60,805 nucleotides of DNA from Candidatus Omnitrophota bacterium (GTDB lineage Bacteria > Omnitrophota > Gorgyraeia > Gygaellales > UBA12090), in assembly GCA_030674475.1 (NCBI GenBank), contig JAUSCZ010000037.1, positions 1-60,805 of the forward strand. The letters run 5' to 3'. Position numbers and translations under genes: made by a program. This document shows, in pieces, positions 9,643 through 18,961 of the stretch. Position 1 is the stretch's first letter. Each line of letters opens with the position of its first letter. The notes under the pieces are model-generated. The model made no database searches. It was not told where the DNA came from and was given only the letters and a program-made list of their open reading frames with translations.

Positions 9643-10470
9643 TTGAAAAAGAAGCTTAAGATAGCCATGGATGTCTGGAGGATGACCTTTGGATTATTTA
9701 AACAAAATCCCAATGTCCTCATTCCTTTCTTGCTGGTTGGGCTTGTGGATGTAGTTCTGCTTTTTATGATATATCTGGCGCCTCAGCCGCCCTTGTCCGC
9801 TCTCTTAGGGCCGCCGATTAGGGTTTTCTGGGGAGAGCGGTTTCTGCACTATCCCTTTAACCTCCTGTTAATTCCGCAATTATTTGATATTGCCCGCATA
9901 TTTTCCACGGCTTTGATGGGGGTTCTAATGACCGGCGCGGCCGTGAGGATGCTTAAAGAAGCCCATAGCGGCATAAAGCCCGATATTGTTCTTGGTTTGA
10001 GTAACTCTTTGCGGGTGTATCTGAAATTACTGGTTATCTGGCTGGTGATGTTTGGCTTGGTAAGCGTGGTTTTTAAGGCCTTGCCGGCCATTTTTCATTT
10101 TAAACAGCATATTGCTTCACAGATGGTGTTGGGCGCGTGTTTTTTGATCAGTATTCTCATTCAAGCCCTTTTTATATATGCCATACCGGCGGTAATTATT
10201 GAGGAGAAGAAAATATGGCCGGCAATTAAAAGGAGTGTGTCTTTTTGTCAAAGCGCCTTCCTGCCCACTTTAATCCTGGTAGGCCTGCCCACACTTGTAT
10301 ATATCCCAATGGTAATTTTAAAAGGAAAACTGCCTTTCTTGATGAGCAAGACTTTTCCCGAACTGGTGGTAGTTTTTGTAGGCCTGGGAATAGTTATTTC
10401 TGTAATTATGGATTGCCTGATTACCAGCTCAACCACAGTGCTATTTTTAAACAAAAGGAAAGACGAGTGA
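9643..10470 (+). CDS. Polytopic membrane protein of unknown function
   Basis: About 6 hydrophobic segments, AIPAVIIEE...AIKRS motif, GGAG RBS before the TTG start. Confidence 0.75.
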   Translation: MKKKLKIAMDVWRMTFGLFKQNPNVLIPFLLVGLVDVVLLFMIYLAPQPPLSALLGPPIRVFWGERFLHYPFNLLLIPQLFDIARIFSTALMGVLMTGAAVRMLKEAHSGIKPDIVLGLSNSLRVYLKLLVIWLVMFGLVSVVFKALPAIFHFKQHIASQMVLGACFLISILIQALFIYAIPAVIIEEKKIWPAIKRSVSFCQSAFLPTLILVGLPTLVYIPMVILKGKLPFLMSKTFPELVVVFVGLGIVISVIMDCLITSSTTVLFLNKRKDE

Positions 10471-11921
10471 AAAAAATCTATCCGCTATACGCTATCCGCT
10501 ATCCGCTATCTTTTTTTGTTCTTATCCTCCTGCTTGGCGGCTGCGGAAGCCAGTATTCGGCGGAGAAACTTTATTGGCAGGCCAATCAGGCCTCAAAGGA
10601 AATAGCTAAAGGCAGGCCCTTAGATAAGCTCAATGGCCAGGAGTATGAGAAAATAATTTCCGGATATCGTCGGTTGGTAGGAAGGTTTCCCCTGGAATCA
10701 GTATCCGCTCAATCCCAGTTTATAATTACTCAAATCTATATCTTGCGAAAGCAATACCCTCAAGCCGAAGAAGAGTTAGTTAAGGTAATTCAGAATTTTT
10801 CTAATAACCCGGAATTAGCTTCTCAGGCCCAATTTATGATTGGTAACCTTTACGAACGCCAGGGCAAACAGAAGAAAGCTATTCTGGAATATGAGAAAAT
10901 CAGTAATCTTTACCCTTTAAGCAGGATAGGACTCAAGGTGCCTGTTTATATTGCCGAATACTATCAGCGTGATAAAAATGAGGTTGAGGCAGTCAAGGCT
11001 TACGATAAGGCGATAAAATATTATAAGAGGCTAATTAACGAGTATTCCGGGACAAGCTTTTCCGCGGTATTGAAGGATTTCCTGGCTTTAGCCTATGTGA
11101 GCCAGGGGAGTTGGGATAAGGCGGTAGATGTCTGGCAGACGATAGTTGATGAAAATCCTCAGGACCAGGTGGGAGAAAACCTGCTGTTTACTTTAGGCGA
11201 AACATATTTAAGGCAGATAAAAGATCTTCAGAAGGCAATTGATACTTACGAGGATTTTGTAAGTAAAAATCCTAATAGTAAGATAATCAAATACGCTAAA
11301 TTTCAAATTGGCCGGCTGTATCTTATAAAAGAGGATTTTCCTAGCGCCATAAAGATATTTAAGGAAATAATAGAGAATTATCCTAAAGAAATTAAACTCT
11401 GCGCCGATGCCAAGTTGGCTATTGCCGCCTGCTATGAAAAGCAGGGTGATTGGGAGGGAGTAATGCGGGTGTATGCTGAGATAAAAGCCGCTTACCCGGA
11501 TACTTCCACGGCTTTGTCTATACCGCTGTTTATCGCCAAGCATTACCAAAAAGAGAAGCAGCCTGTGGAAGCCGAATCTGCCTTTAAAGAAGCGATTTCC
11601 GGATATGAGAAGATAATTAAACAAAATCCCAATAGCCCTCAGGCGGCCCAGGCGCAGGATTTAATTAGCTTGGGATATCTCAGTCAGCAAAAATGGGATA
11701 AAGCCGTGGACTCCCTGCGGGTGTTAGTGGAGACCTATTCTAATAATCCCCGGGCTCCCAAAGCGATGTTCACCGTGGCGATTATTTATCGTAGACAACT
11801 GCATAAACCTAAGCTGGCGAAAGAAATATTTGAAAAGTTTATTCAGCAGTATCCCGGACATGAATTAGCCAGCCTGGCTAAGTCTGAAATTGAATCTTTA
11901 CAGGGTGCCCTTACCCCTTAA
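10467..11921 (+). CDS. TPR-repeat lipoprotein (BamD/YbgF-like repeats)
   Basis: GTG start overlapping the upstream stop, lipobox LLGGC, many TPR units (..YP.S..A..AQF.IG..Y). Confidence 0.85.
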   Translation: MKKIYPLYAIRYPLSFFVLILLLGGCGSQYSAEKLYWQANQASKEIAKGRPLDKLNGQEYEKIISGYRRLVGRFPLESVSAQSQFIITQIYILRKQYPQAEEELVKVIQNFSNNPELASQAQFMIGNLYERQGKQKKAILEYEKISNLYPLSRIGLKVPVYIAEYYQRDKNEVEAVKAYDKAIKYYKRLINEYSGTSFSAVLKDFLALAYVSQGSWDKAVDVWQTIVDENPQDQVGENLLFTLGETYLRQIKDLQKAIDTYEDFVSKNPNSKIIKYAKFQIGRLYLIKEDFPSAIKIFKEIIENYPKEIKLCADAKLAIAACYEKQGDWEGVMRVYAEIKAAYPDTSTALSIPLFIAKHYQKEKQPVEAESAFKEAISGYEKIIKQNPNSPQAAQAQDLISLGYLSQQKWDKAVDSLRVLVETYSNNPRAPKAMFTVAIIYRRQLHKPKLAKEIFEKFIQQYPGHELASLAKSEIESLQGALTP

Positions 11922-12141
11922 CCTGACTCGAAGCAGGGTTAAGATACTCTTATTCCCATGGCTTTCTAGTGCCCGTGGTGAGCGCCTACCTCAGGAGAAA
12001 GAGAATCTATGCCTTTTTGTCTAGCGCTCAATCCTCACGGTACGGGTTAATTTTATTGACTGCGGGATTGCTGTATTAGACTGCTGGCGCCCTTATTGCC
12101 TGACTATATTATCCCGGGGAAGAAAAAAATAAAGGCTGTGG

Positions 12142-12170
12142 TTGACATAACCCGAGTAGTATGGTATACT
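12142..12170 (+). promoter_or_regulatory. Sigma70 promoter of the kinase/NtrC operon
   Basis: TTGACA-17 nt-TATACT with extended TG. Confidence 0.75.
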
Positions 12171-12392
12171 ATAGCATAATATGGCTTAAATCTGTCAAGA
12201 CAGAAACAATTTTTTTATTGCCGGAGGCCGAAGCGGTCTAAAAATTGACCACTCCGGCCTTATCTCGCGATAATAGGCTATATAGCCTATTATCCTCATT
12301 ATCTAAAATGATTAACCAGATGAAACAGTCATGCCCCGACAGAGGCGGGGCACCAATGATGATAAAAATAGAGCTTGGATCATTCGTGTCGC

Positions 12393-12414
12393 GTAGCGGT
12401 GCGATTTATCGCAC
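12393..12414 (+). repeat. GTAG-type REP variant
   Basis: GTAG-CG-GTGCGAT-TT-ATCGCAC, the same architecture as the REPs at 22522-26816. Confidence 0.65.
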
Positions 12415-12432
12415 TTAAGAGGAGATTTTCAA

Positions 12433-13680
12433 GTGAAAGTTATTATGTATGAAAACAATTTAAAAGATTTTCTGAAATTGACCCTGAAGAATTGTATGCA
12501 TCTTTTAAAATCAAAAGGAGGGTCGGTTTTTTTATTTGATAACGAGAAACAGGATTTGGCGCTGAAGATATACCGCAGTTCCAACAGCCGGCGCCTGAGC
12601 GGGATAAGAGAAAGGTTAGGGCAGGGTGTTTCGGGAGTGGTTGCCTCTAAAAGGGAGCCCATCCTGGTGAGAGATATCAGGATTGACCCGCGTTTCCGGA
12701 ATATGAAGAGATTCAGCCATTATCGGACCAATTCTTTTCTTTCCGTGCCTTTGGTGGCCGCGGACAAGCTTATTGGTGTTATCAATATCAGCGAGAGGAT
12801 TTCCGGGAAGCCCTTTACTTCAAAAGACCTGCAAATTCTTTTCCTTATTTCAAATTATATCGCGATCGCGATACACAAAAACCAGCTCTATGAAAAGACC
12901 AGGGAGCTTAACCAGGCGTTAAGCGTGGCGAAAGACATTGAAGACGGCGAGCAGGATCAGTTAAAAAAATTCGCCTCTATCGGTAAGCTTGTTGCTGGAA
13001 TCGCGCATGAGTTAAACAACCCGCTGGATGGAGTTATGAGGTATGTTAATATTTCCTTAGGCCACCTGAATGATGACGGCATTGTCCGTGAATATCTGCT
13101 GAACGCCAAAAAGGGCTTAAGCCGGATTGCCGGCACCATAAGGTCTCTTTTGGATTTCGCGCAAGTGTATTCCCCGGTATTCAACAGGCCCATTGACATA
13201 AATAAGACGATTGAAGACTCTCTTCTTATGACCAGCCATCATATCCTTATTAATAATATTAAAGTGGTAAAACAGCTCAACCCGCGCTTACCCGCGGCCT
13301 GCGACAACGGATTAAAATTAGTATTTATTAATATTATAAAGAACGCCTGCGATGCTATCGGCACGGGTGGCGGCACCATAAAGGTTTCAACCGGAATAAA
13401 AAATAGACGTATTGAAATCAGGTTTAAGGATACGGGCCACGGCATACCGGAGGAAATCCAGAAAAAGATATTTGAACCATTTTTCACCACTAAAGAATTA
13501 GGAAACGGTTCAGGTTTAGGCCTGGCTATCTGCCGCGACATTGTGCAAAGATATAAGGGCAAAATATATTTGGAACAAGGTAAAGGCAGGGGGGCAAATT
13601 TTGTCATAGAACTGCCTGTTGATGCCTGCCTGCCGGACAGGCAGGAGTTGAATCCGCCCAGAGGCAAAAACGATGGTTGA
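12433..13680 (+). CDS. GAF-domain sensor histidine kinase (NtrB-like)
   Basis: GAF (G.GVSG.VA, FLSVPL), H-box AGIAHELNNPL, FEPFFTTK..G.GSGLGL. Confidence 0.9.
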   Translation: MKVIMYENNLKDFLKLTLKNCMHLLKSKGGSVFLFDNEKQDLALKIYRSSNSRRLSGIRERLGQGVSGVVASKREPILVRDIRIDPRFRNMKRFSHYRTNSFLSVPLVAADKLIGVINISERISGKPFTSKDLQILFLISNYIAIAIHKNQLYEKTRELNQALSVAKDIEDGEQDQLKKFASIGKLVAGIAHELNNPLDGVMRYVNISLGHLNDDGIVREYLLNAKKGLSRIAGTIRSLLDFAQVYSPVFNRPIDINKTIEDSLLMTSHHILINNIKVVKQLNPRLPAACDNGLKLVFINIIKNACDAIGTGGGTIKVSTGIKNRRIEIRFKDTGHGIPEEIQKKIFEPFFTTKELGNGSGLGLAICRDIVQRYKGKIYLEQGKGRGANFVIELPVDACLPDRQELNPPRGKNDG

Positions 13681-15103
13681 TAATCATATCCTTATAGCGG
13701 ATGACGAGCCGTTGACCAGGCAATCTCTTTATGAGATTTTAAAATTCGAGGGATACCGGGTTACTACCGCTAAGGATGGGCTGGAAGCCCTGGGATTGAT
13801 AGAAAAACTCCTGCCGGATATAGTGATTTCTGATATGAAGATGCCCGGGATGGAGGGGCTGCAGTTAGTCAAAGAGATGAAGGCCAGGGGCCTGGAGATA
13901 CCGGTGATATTAATTACCGGATATGGCTCTATTGAAGCCGCGGTAGAGGCGATGCGGGAGGGGGCGTTTGATTATGTCACTAAACCCATAGTGGACAGTG
14001 AAATAAAGGTAGTTATTGAGAAGATAATAAAACAACAGCAGTTAATTGAGGAAAACCGCTGCTTACGGGAGGCCCTTAAGGATACCACCAGGAAAAGTTT
14101 CCAGAATATAGTCGGACAAGACCCCCAGATGCAAAAGATTTACGCCTTGATTGAGATGGTGGCCGACTCTAATGCCACTATTTTACTTCATGGAGAAAGT
14201 GGAACCGGTAAGAGTCTAATCGCCTACGCTATTCATCAGAGCGACACTGCCCGCCGGGATAAGCCGTTAGTTGAAGTGAGCTGCGGAGCTTTGCCTGAGA
14301 CGCTGTTAGAAACCGAATTGTTTGGCCATGTGAGAGGCGCTTTTACCGGAGCCATAAAAGACAGGATCGGGAGGTTTGAACTGGCTGAGAAAGGTTCTAT
14401 ATTTTTGGATGAAATAGACGCCTTCAGCCCCAATCTGCAGGTTAAGCTGCTACGCATACTTCAGAGCGGAGAGTTTGAAAGGGTGGGAGATACTAAGACC
14501 GTAAAGGTTGATGTGCGGGTTATTGCCGCCACTAACCAGGACTTAAACGAAGCCATAAAAAAAGGAAAGTTCCGGGAGGATTTGTATTATCGTTTAAACG
14601 TGATTTCCATCAAGATTCCGCCTTTAAGAGAAAGAAGAAACGATATCCCGCTGTTATTGGAATATTTTCTGGAAAAGAAAAATAATGAGGTTAATAAGAA
14701 TAATAAAAAGGTAACCGGCATCTCTAAAGAGGCAATGTTGGTTTTATCGCAATATAATTGGCCGGGTAATGTCAGGGAACTGGAAAATATTGTTGAGCGT
14801 TCGGTTATTCTTACCAGAGGAAACATTGTGGGAATACAGGACCTGCCCGAATTTTTTCATAAAACGGATATTCCGTTTGAGGAAGCTATGTTAACAGGCG
14901 TTTCAGGCAGGCCGCAGGCGAAATCACTGCGCCAGGCGCTTAAGAGCCCGGAGAGACAGGTTATCCAGGATGCTTTAGAACAGGCCGGAGGGAATCGTAA
15001 GGATACCGCGGCCAGATTAGGTATAAATCGCACCACATTATATAATAAAATGAAGGAGTATGGTTTATTGAAAAGAAGAACCGCGGTTAAGGAATCAGAA
15101 TGA
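13673..15103 (+). CDS. Sigma54-dependent NtrC/AtoC-family response regulator
   Basis: REC domain, GESGTGKS, GAFTGA, WPGNVRELEN, HTH. Confidence 0.93.
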   Translation: MVDNHILIADDEPLTRQSLYEILKFEGYRVTTAKDGLEALGLIEKLLPDIVISDMKMPGMEGLQLVKEMKARGLEIPVILITGYGSIEAAVEAMREGAFDYVTKPIVDSEIKVVIEKIIKQQQLIEENRCLREALKDTTRKSFQNIVGQDPQMQKIYALIEMVADSNATILLHGESGTGKSLIAYAIHQSDTARRDKPLVEVSCGALPETLLETELFGHVRGAFTGAIKDRIGRFELAEKGSIFLDEIDAFSPNLQVKLLRILQSGEFERVGDTKTVKVDVRVIAATNQDLNEAIKKGKFREDLYYRLNVISIKIPPLRERRNDIPLLLEYFLEKKNNEVNKNNKKVTGISKEAMLVLSQYNWPGNVRELENIVERSVILTRGNIVGIQDLPEFFHKTDIPFEEAMLTGVSGRPQAKSLRQALKSPERQVIQDALEQAGGNRKDTAARLGINRTTLYNKMKEYGLLKRRTAVKESE

Positions 15104-16116
15104 AGAAGGTCAACTCCTTCGAGGAGCTTGTTGATATTAAGCAATGGCAGGGAATACAAGAGCATTTTTCCGAGGTTATAGGGGCTGCTATTCGCACTAT
15201 AGACCCACTCGGTAACCCGCTTACCGCCATTAGCAGGCCTACTAGGCTCTGCGCGGAGATTATTAACGCTTCCCCGATGGGCATGGCTAAATGCGTGGAG
15301 TGCTTTTCGCCTTCTTTAGTTAATTTGGTAACAAATGAGATGTGGAAGGATGGCAGGCAGTGTCATCTTGGTTTATATAATTTTTCCATTCCGGTCAGCC
15401 TGCCCGAGAATCAGATAATCGCTTATATCCTGGTTGGCCCGGTTCTTTTGGGTGAACGTCAGAAGCCGGAAAAATATCGTGAGAAAGCGGCGGAATTAGG
15501 CATAGATTTTGATAAATTTGCCGATGCCTTTATAGAAATCAAGGATTTTTCTTTCTCCGCGATTCAATCGGTGCTTGAATTGCTGTGGGATGTTGTTTCT
15601 TACATTGTGGAAATAGACTACCACCGGTTTAAACTTGGAAAAACCATTCCTCTGCCCAGCTTAAGCAAAATGGTGTATAAATTTTACACTGAGAAACTGC
15701 TGAACGCGCTTTTAGACGTTTCTTGCGGTGTGTTTGGCGGTGAACTTGGCTCTATTATGTTATTGAACGAGGAAACCGGCGAGCTATTCATCAAGATAAG
15801 CCGGGGTATAAAGAAAGATATAATTAAAAATACCCGCCTTAAAATAGGCGAGGGAATTGCCGGTTTAGCGGCCCAGGAGGGAAAAATTTTATTGGTTAAC
15901 GATAAAATCGCGGATGAACGAATCAAGGGACGGTTTCAGCGGCCGGAGATACAATCCGCGGTCGTGGCTCCAATCCAGACAGAGGGTAAGCTTCTGGGGG
16001 TTATGAATATCGGGACCCGCTATGCTTCGAATAAATTTGATTTAGAAAATGTTGAGATTTTGCGCCAATTAGTAAAGTTAACCGTAGTTTCCTTCCAGGA
16101 TATTCCCGCCGCGTAA
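15100..16116 (+). CDS. PocR ligand-binding + GAF domain protein with no output domain
   Basis: PocR pattern (C...C...CHLGL.....PV......YILVGP) followed by GAF (GSIMLL, LKIGEGIAG, LLGVMNI). Confidence 0.75.
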   Translation: MKKVNSFEELVDIKQWQGIQEHFSEVIGAAIRTIDPLGNPLTAISRPTRLCAEIINASPMGMAKCVECFSPSLVNLVTNEMWKDGRQCHLGLYNFSIPVSLPENQIIAYILVGPVLLGERQKPEKYREKAAELGIDFDKFADAFIEIKDFSFSAIQSVLELLWDVVSYIVEIDYHRFKLGKTIPLPSLSKMVYKFYTEKLLNALLDVSCGVFGGELGSIMLLNEETGELFIKISRGIKKDIIKNTRLKIGEGIAGLAAQEGKILLVNDKIADERIKGRFQRPEIQSAVVAPIQTEGKLLGVMNIGTRYASNKFDLENVEILRQLVKLTVVSFQDIPAA

Positions 16117-16138
16117 AACGAGATTGTTTCGTAATCTT

Positions 16139-17521
16139 TCATTTTTTCCTAAGATAGGAAGGAAGGATCTTTAATTCTTCCCGATATTTAGCAATTGTCC
16201 GCCGGGCCACCCGCAGGCCTTGGCCGCGTAAGATACTTACGACTTTAGCATCGCTTAAAGGATGCTGTCCGTCTTCGCTGTCAATAAGCGAGGCTATCTG
16301 CGTCTTTACCGTATTCGTGGATATGTCGCCTTCCTGGTCAGTCTTAAAAGAACCGCTAAAAAAATAACTTAATCCAAATATGCCATAAGGGGTCTGGATA
16401 TACTTGCTGTTGACCACCCGGCTGATAGTAGATTCGTTTCTTTCCACTTTTTGGGCGACTTCCTTCATGGTCAGCGGCTTAAGGTGGCCGTATCCGTGTT
16501 CAAAGAATTCCCTTTGTTTTTGGACTATGTATTCCGCGACCCTGCTAATGGTTTCTTGTCTCTGGCTCACCGCCCTGGCTAACCAAATCGCGGAGCCTAA
16601 TCGCTCTTTTAAATATTTTCTGACTTCTTCGGGGGTATCTTTTTTTTTGAGCAGATCCTTATACTGTGAGCTTATCTTAAGGGAAGGAAGGTCTTGGCCA
16701 TTAACGGTTATTTCGTAGTCATTATCCCTCTTTTCTACGATTACGTCAGGCAGAATCCGTCTGGTTGCTGATTGGTGAAAAATTCTTCCTGGTTTGGGAT
16801 CCAGGGCGGAGATTTCCTTTAAAGCCGTCTTTATTAATTCAGGAGTGACCTTCAACTTCCGGGCAATTAATTCAACCTTATTCTTAGCTAAATCAACCAG
16901 GTGGTTTTCCACAACCTTATAGGCTAAAGAATTACGCCTTCCTTTGAAGTTAAGCTGAATGAGCAGACACTCCTTTAAATTCCTCGATCCCGCTCCAGGA
17001 GGCTCAAAGGTCTGAATCAGGGAAAGCACGCTTTGAGTGTTTTGGGGGCTGACTTTTAAATTTTCCGTTATTATTTCTAAACTGCCCTGGAAATAGCCAT
17101 TTTCATCTATCTCGCCGATGATAAGCTCGCCTATTTTATAATCCGTTTTACTAAGCGGTTGCAGCCTTAACTGCCTGAGGAGATGCTCGTGGAGGGTCTG
17201 TTGTTTAATAATCAAGCTTTCTTGATAGCCTTGTCTTTTTTTTAGTTCCTGCTGGCTATACCCCGTGTCAAAGCCGTCCTCAAAATCTCTTCGGTCCTGG
17301 TCAATCAATTCTGTCAATCGTTCAATTTCCAGGTCTTGCGCGCGCTCCTTAAGCTCTGATTCCTGCGGTAGGTCTTCTATGGCCGGATTTTCTTCTATTT
17401 GCTGTTCCAGATAGGTCTTTAGTTCAAATAAAGGCAACTGCAGGATATGTATAGACTGCCTCATCTGAGGCGTCAAAGCCATTTTCTGAGCTAATTTTTG
17501 CGATAATCGCACCTTCATCAC
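16139..17521 (-). CDS. rpoN: RNA polymerase sigma-54 factor
   Basis: LTPQMRQSIHILQL, LKPLTMKEVA...ESTISR, RpoN box ARRTIAKYRE. Confidence 0.97.
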   Translation of the reverse strand: MMKVRLSQKLAQKMALTPQMRQSIHILQLPLFELKTYLEQQIEENPAIEDLPQESELKERAQDLEIERLTELIDQDRRDFEDGFDTGYSQQELKKRQGYQESLIIKQQTLHEHLLRQLRLQPLSKTDYKIGELIIGEIDENGYFQGSLEIITENLKVSPQNTQSVLSLIQTFEPPGAGSRNLKECLLIQLNFKGRRNSLAYKVVENHLVDLAKNKVELIARKLKVTPELIKTALKEISALDPKPGRIFHQSATRRILPDVIVEKRDNDYEITVNGQDLPSLKISSQYKDLLKKKDTPEEVRKYLKERLGSAIWLARAVSQRQETISRVAEYIVQKQREFFEHGYGHLKPLTMKEVAQKVERNESTISRVVNSKYIQTPYGIFGLSYFFSGSFKTDQEGDISTNTVKTQIASLIDSEDGQHPLSDAKVVSILRGQGLRVARRTIAKYREELKILPSYLRKK

Positions 17522-17570
17522 CGTATACTCCTATGCCTGTATAGTTACTGTTTTAAAAAGTAGTGCCTGT

Positions 17571-17587
17571 AGCATATTATATGCCAA
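17571..17587 (-). promoter_or_regulatory. Sigma54-type -24/-12 site upstream of rpoN (overlaps a degenerate dif-like 28-mer at 17562-17589)
   Basis: Minus strand TTGGCATATAATATGCT with correct GG-GC spacing, about 50 nt before the rpoN start. Confidence 0.6.
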
Positions 17588-17855
17588 CTTACCACTTTAG
17601 ACAAGATTTTATTTTACTAAGCCTTGACAAAGTAAAATTTCGGGGTATATTTACTATTTTGCATTCCCAGTCTGCATCCAATCCAACAGAGATTCTCTTG
17701 ACGGTTGGCTATTTTGTATTAAAATATGAATATAATCTCATAATAACCTGCATGTTTATGTTTAAAGCGTAAAGTGAAACAAATAAAACCGTAGAGAGCC
17801 TAATAGATAATAAAGAGAATAGCAATAAACCTTTAGCCGGGCACTTACCAGGAAA

Positions 17856-18701
17856 ATGGGAAAATTATATAATTTAACCAAAGATAAATTAATTAGCTTG
17901 TATATAAATGATAAAAAATCTCTCGGAGACATTGCTAAATTATATATAGTCTCGCGAACAGCGGTCTTTAAAAAACTCAAGAAATATGGTATTGCGCAAC
18001 GTTCGAAGTCTGACGCTAGGATCGAAGCTCAGAAACAAGGCAAAGTGCCGCAACAGTTCTTTGATATAAACGAAAACTTTTTCCGTAGTTGGTCGCCAGA
18101 GATGGCATATGTATTAGGCCTGCTCATAACTGATGGATGCATTTCCAATAACGGCACAGTATTGCTTTGTATGAACGATCAAGAGATACTTGAAAAAGTT
18201 AAGAAAGTCATGGGATCGACCCATAAAATTGAGCCGTCCAAGTATCAGGAAAAGTTATATATTTTTCATTTTGCAAGAGAAAATATGGTAAAGGATTTAG
18301 AAAGTCTAGGAGTAGTCCCTAAAAAAAGCCTTATTGTTACTTTTCCCAATGTACCTGATGAACATTTGTCAGATTTTATAAGGGGCGTCTTTGATGGCGA
18401 TGGGAGCATTTTTCTTGATAAAAGGAGCAAAAATTGCCCCATAAGGAGCGCTTTTTATAGCGGTTCAAAACATTTTATTGAAAAATTAGAAGATAACCTA
18501 ATTAATCTCGGGATGCCTAAAAGAAGAATATCACAGCAAAAAACCAAGAATGGGATATATTATGGGATTAGATATGGCCATAAAAATAGTCTGAAGTTGT
18601 TCAATATTTTATACAAAAACGCTAAAAATAGGCTATATTTGGACCGTAAATACAGGCGGTTTTTAGAAGGGATTAAAATAGGCGGCGGTTTGGATGGATA
18701 A
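17856..18701 (+). CDS. Free-standing double-motif LAGLIDADG endonuclease-like protein with N-terminal HTH
   Basis: MAYVLGLLITDG and FIRGVFDGDGS motifs. N-terminal HTH SLGDIAKLYIVSRTAVFKKLKKYGI. Confidence 0.85.
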   Translation: MGKLYNLTKDKLISLYINDKKSLGDIAKLYIVSRTAVFKKLKKYGIAQRSKSDARIEAQKQGKVPQQFFDINENFFRSWSPEMAYVLGLLITDGCISNNGTVLLCMNDQEILEKVKKVMGSTHKIEPSKYQEKLYIFHFARENMVKDLESLGVVPKKSLIVTFPNVPDEHLSDFIRGVFDGDGSIFLDKRSKNCPIRSAFYSGSKHFIEKLEDNLINLGMPKRRISQQKTKNGIYYGIRYGHKNSLKLFNILYKNAKNRLYLDRKYRRFLEGIKIGGGLDG

Positions 18702-18900
18702 AGAGCTACAGGAATGGTATAATTTACATAAATTTCATTTTTATAGCGGTAGTTATGAAACTAAAGACTTGGCTAATTTCTTAGTAGTTAGCCCCCGGAC
18801 AATTCAGAGATGGCTGAAAGAAAGCACCAAGCCAAATAAGGCGCAATTAGTCCAGATTAATAAATATTTGGCTCAAAAAGAGCTCAAAGACTCTTTATAA
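18694..18900 (+). CDS. Small HTH DNA-binding protein
   Basis: TKDLANFLVVSPRTIQRWLKESTKP. Overlaps the LAGLIDADG stop. Confidence 0.7.
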   Translation: MDKELQEWYNLHKFHFYSGSYETKDLANFLVVSPRTIQRWLKESTKPNKAQLVQINKYLAQKELKDSL

Positions 18901-18933
18901 ACAGGGTAATTCTTTCCGTCTGTCTGTCGCACT

Positions 18934-18961
18934 ACTTCCTCTAATATATCTTATGTTAACT
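18934..18961 (+). other. dif: Chromosomal dif site (XerC arm - 6 bp - XerD arm)
   Basis: ACTTCCTCTAA TATATC TTATGTTAACT, close to B. subtilis dif (ACTTCCTAGAA TATATA TTATGTAAACT). Intergenic, and located where gene orientation switches. Confidence 0.88.

Noticed and set aside
10245-10466. N-terminal extension of the TPR ORF given in the ORF track
   Set aside because: It overlaps the upstream gene. A GTG at 10467 gives a proper lipoprotein signal peptide.
17650-18930. LAGLIDADG as part of an intein or group I intron
   Set aside because: No Cys/Ser-start or His-Asn intein blocks, no interrupted host gene, and no recognisable intron core.
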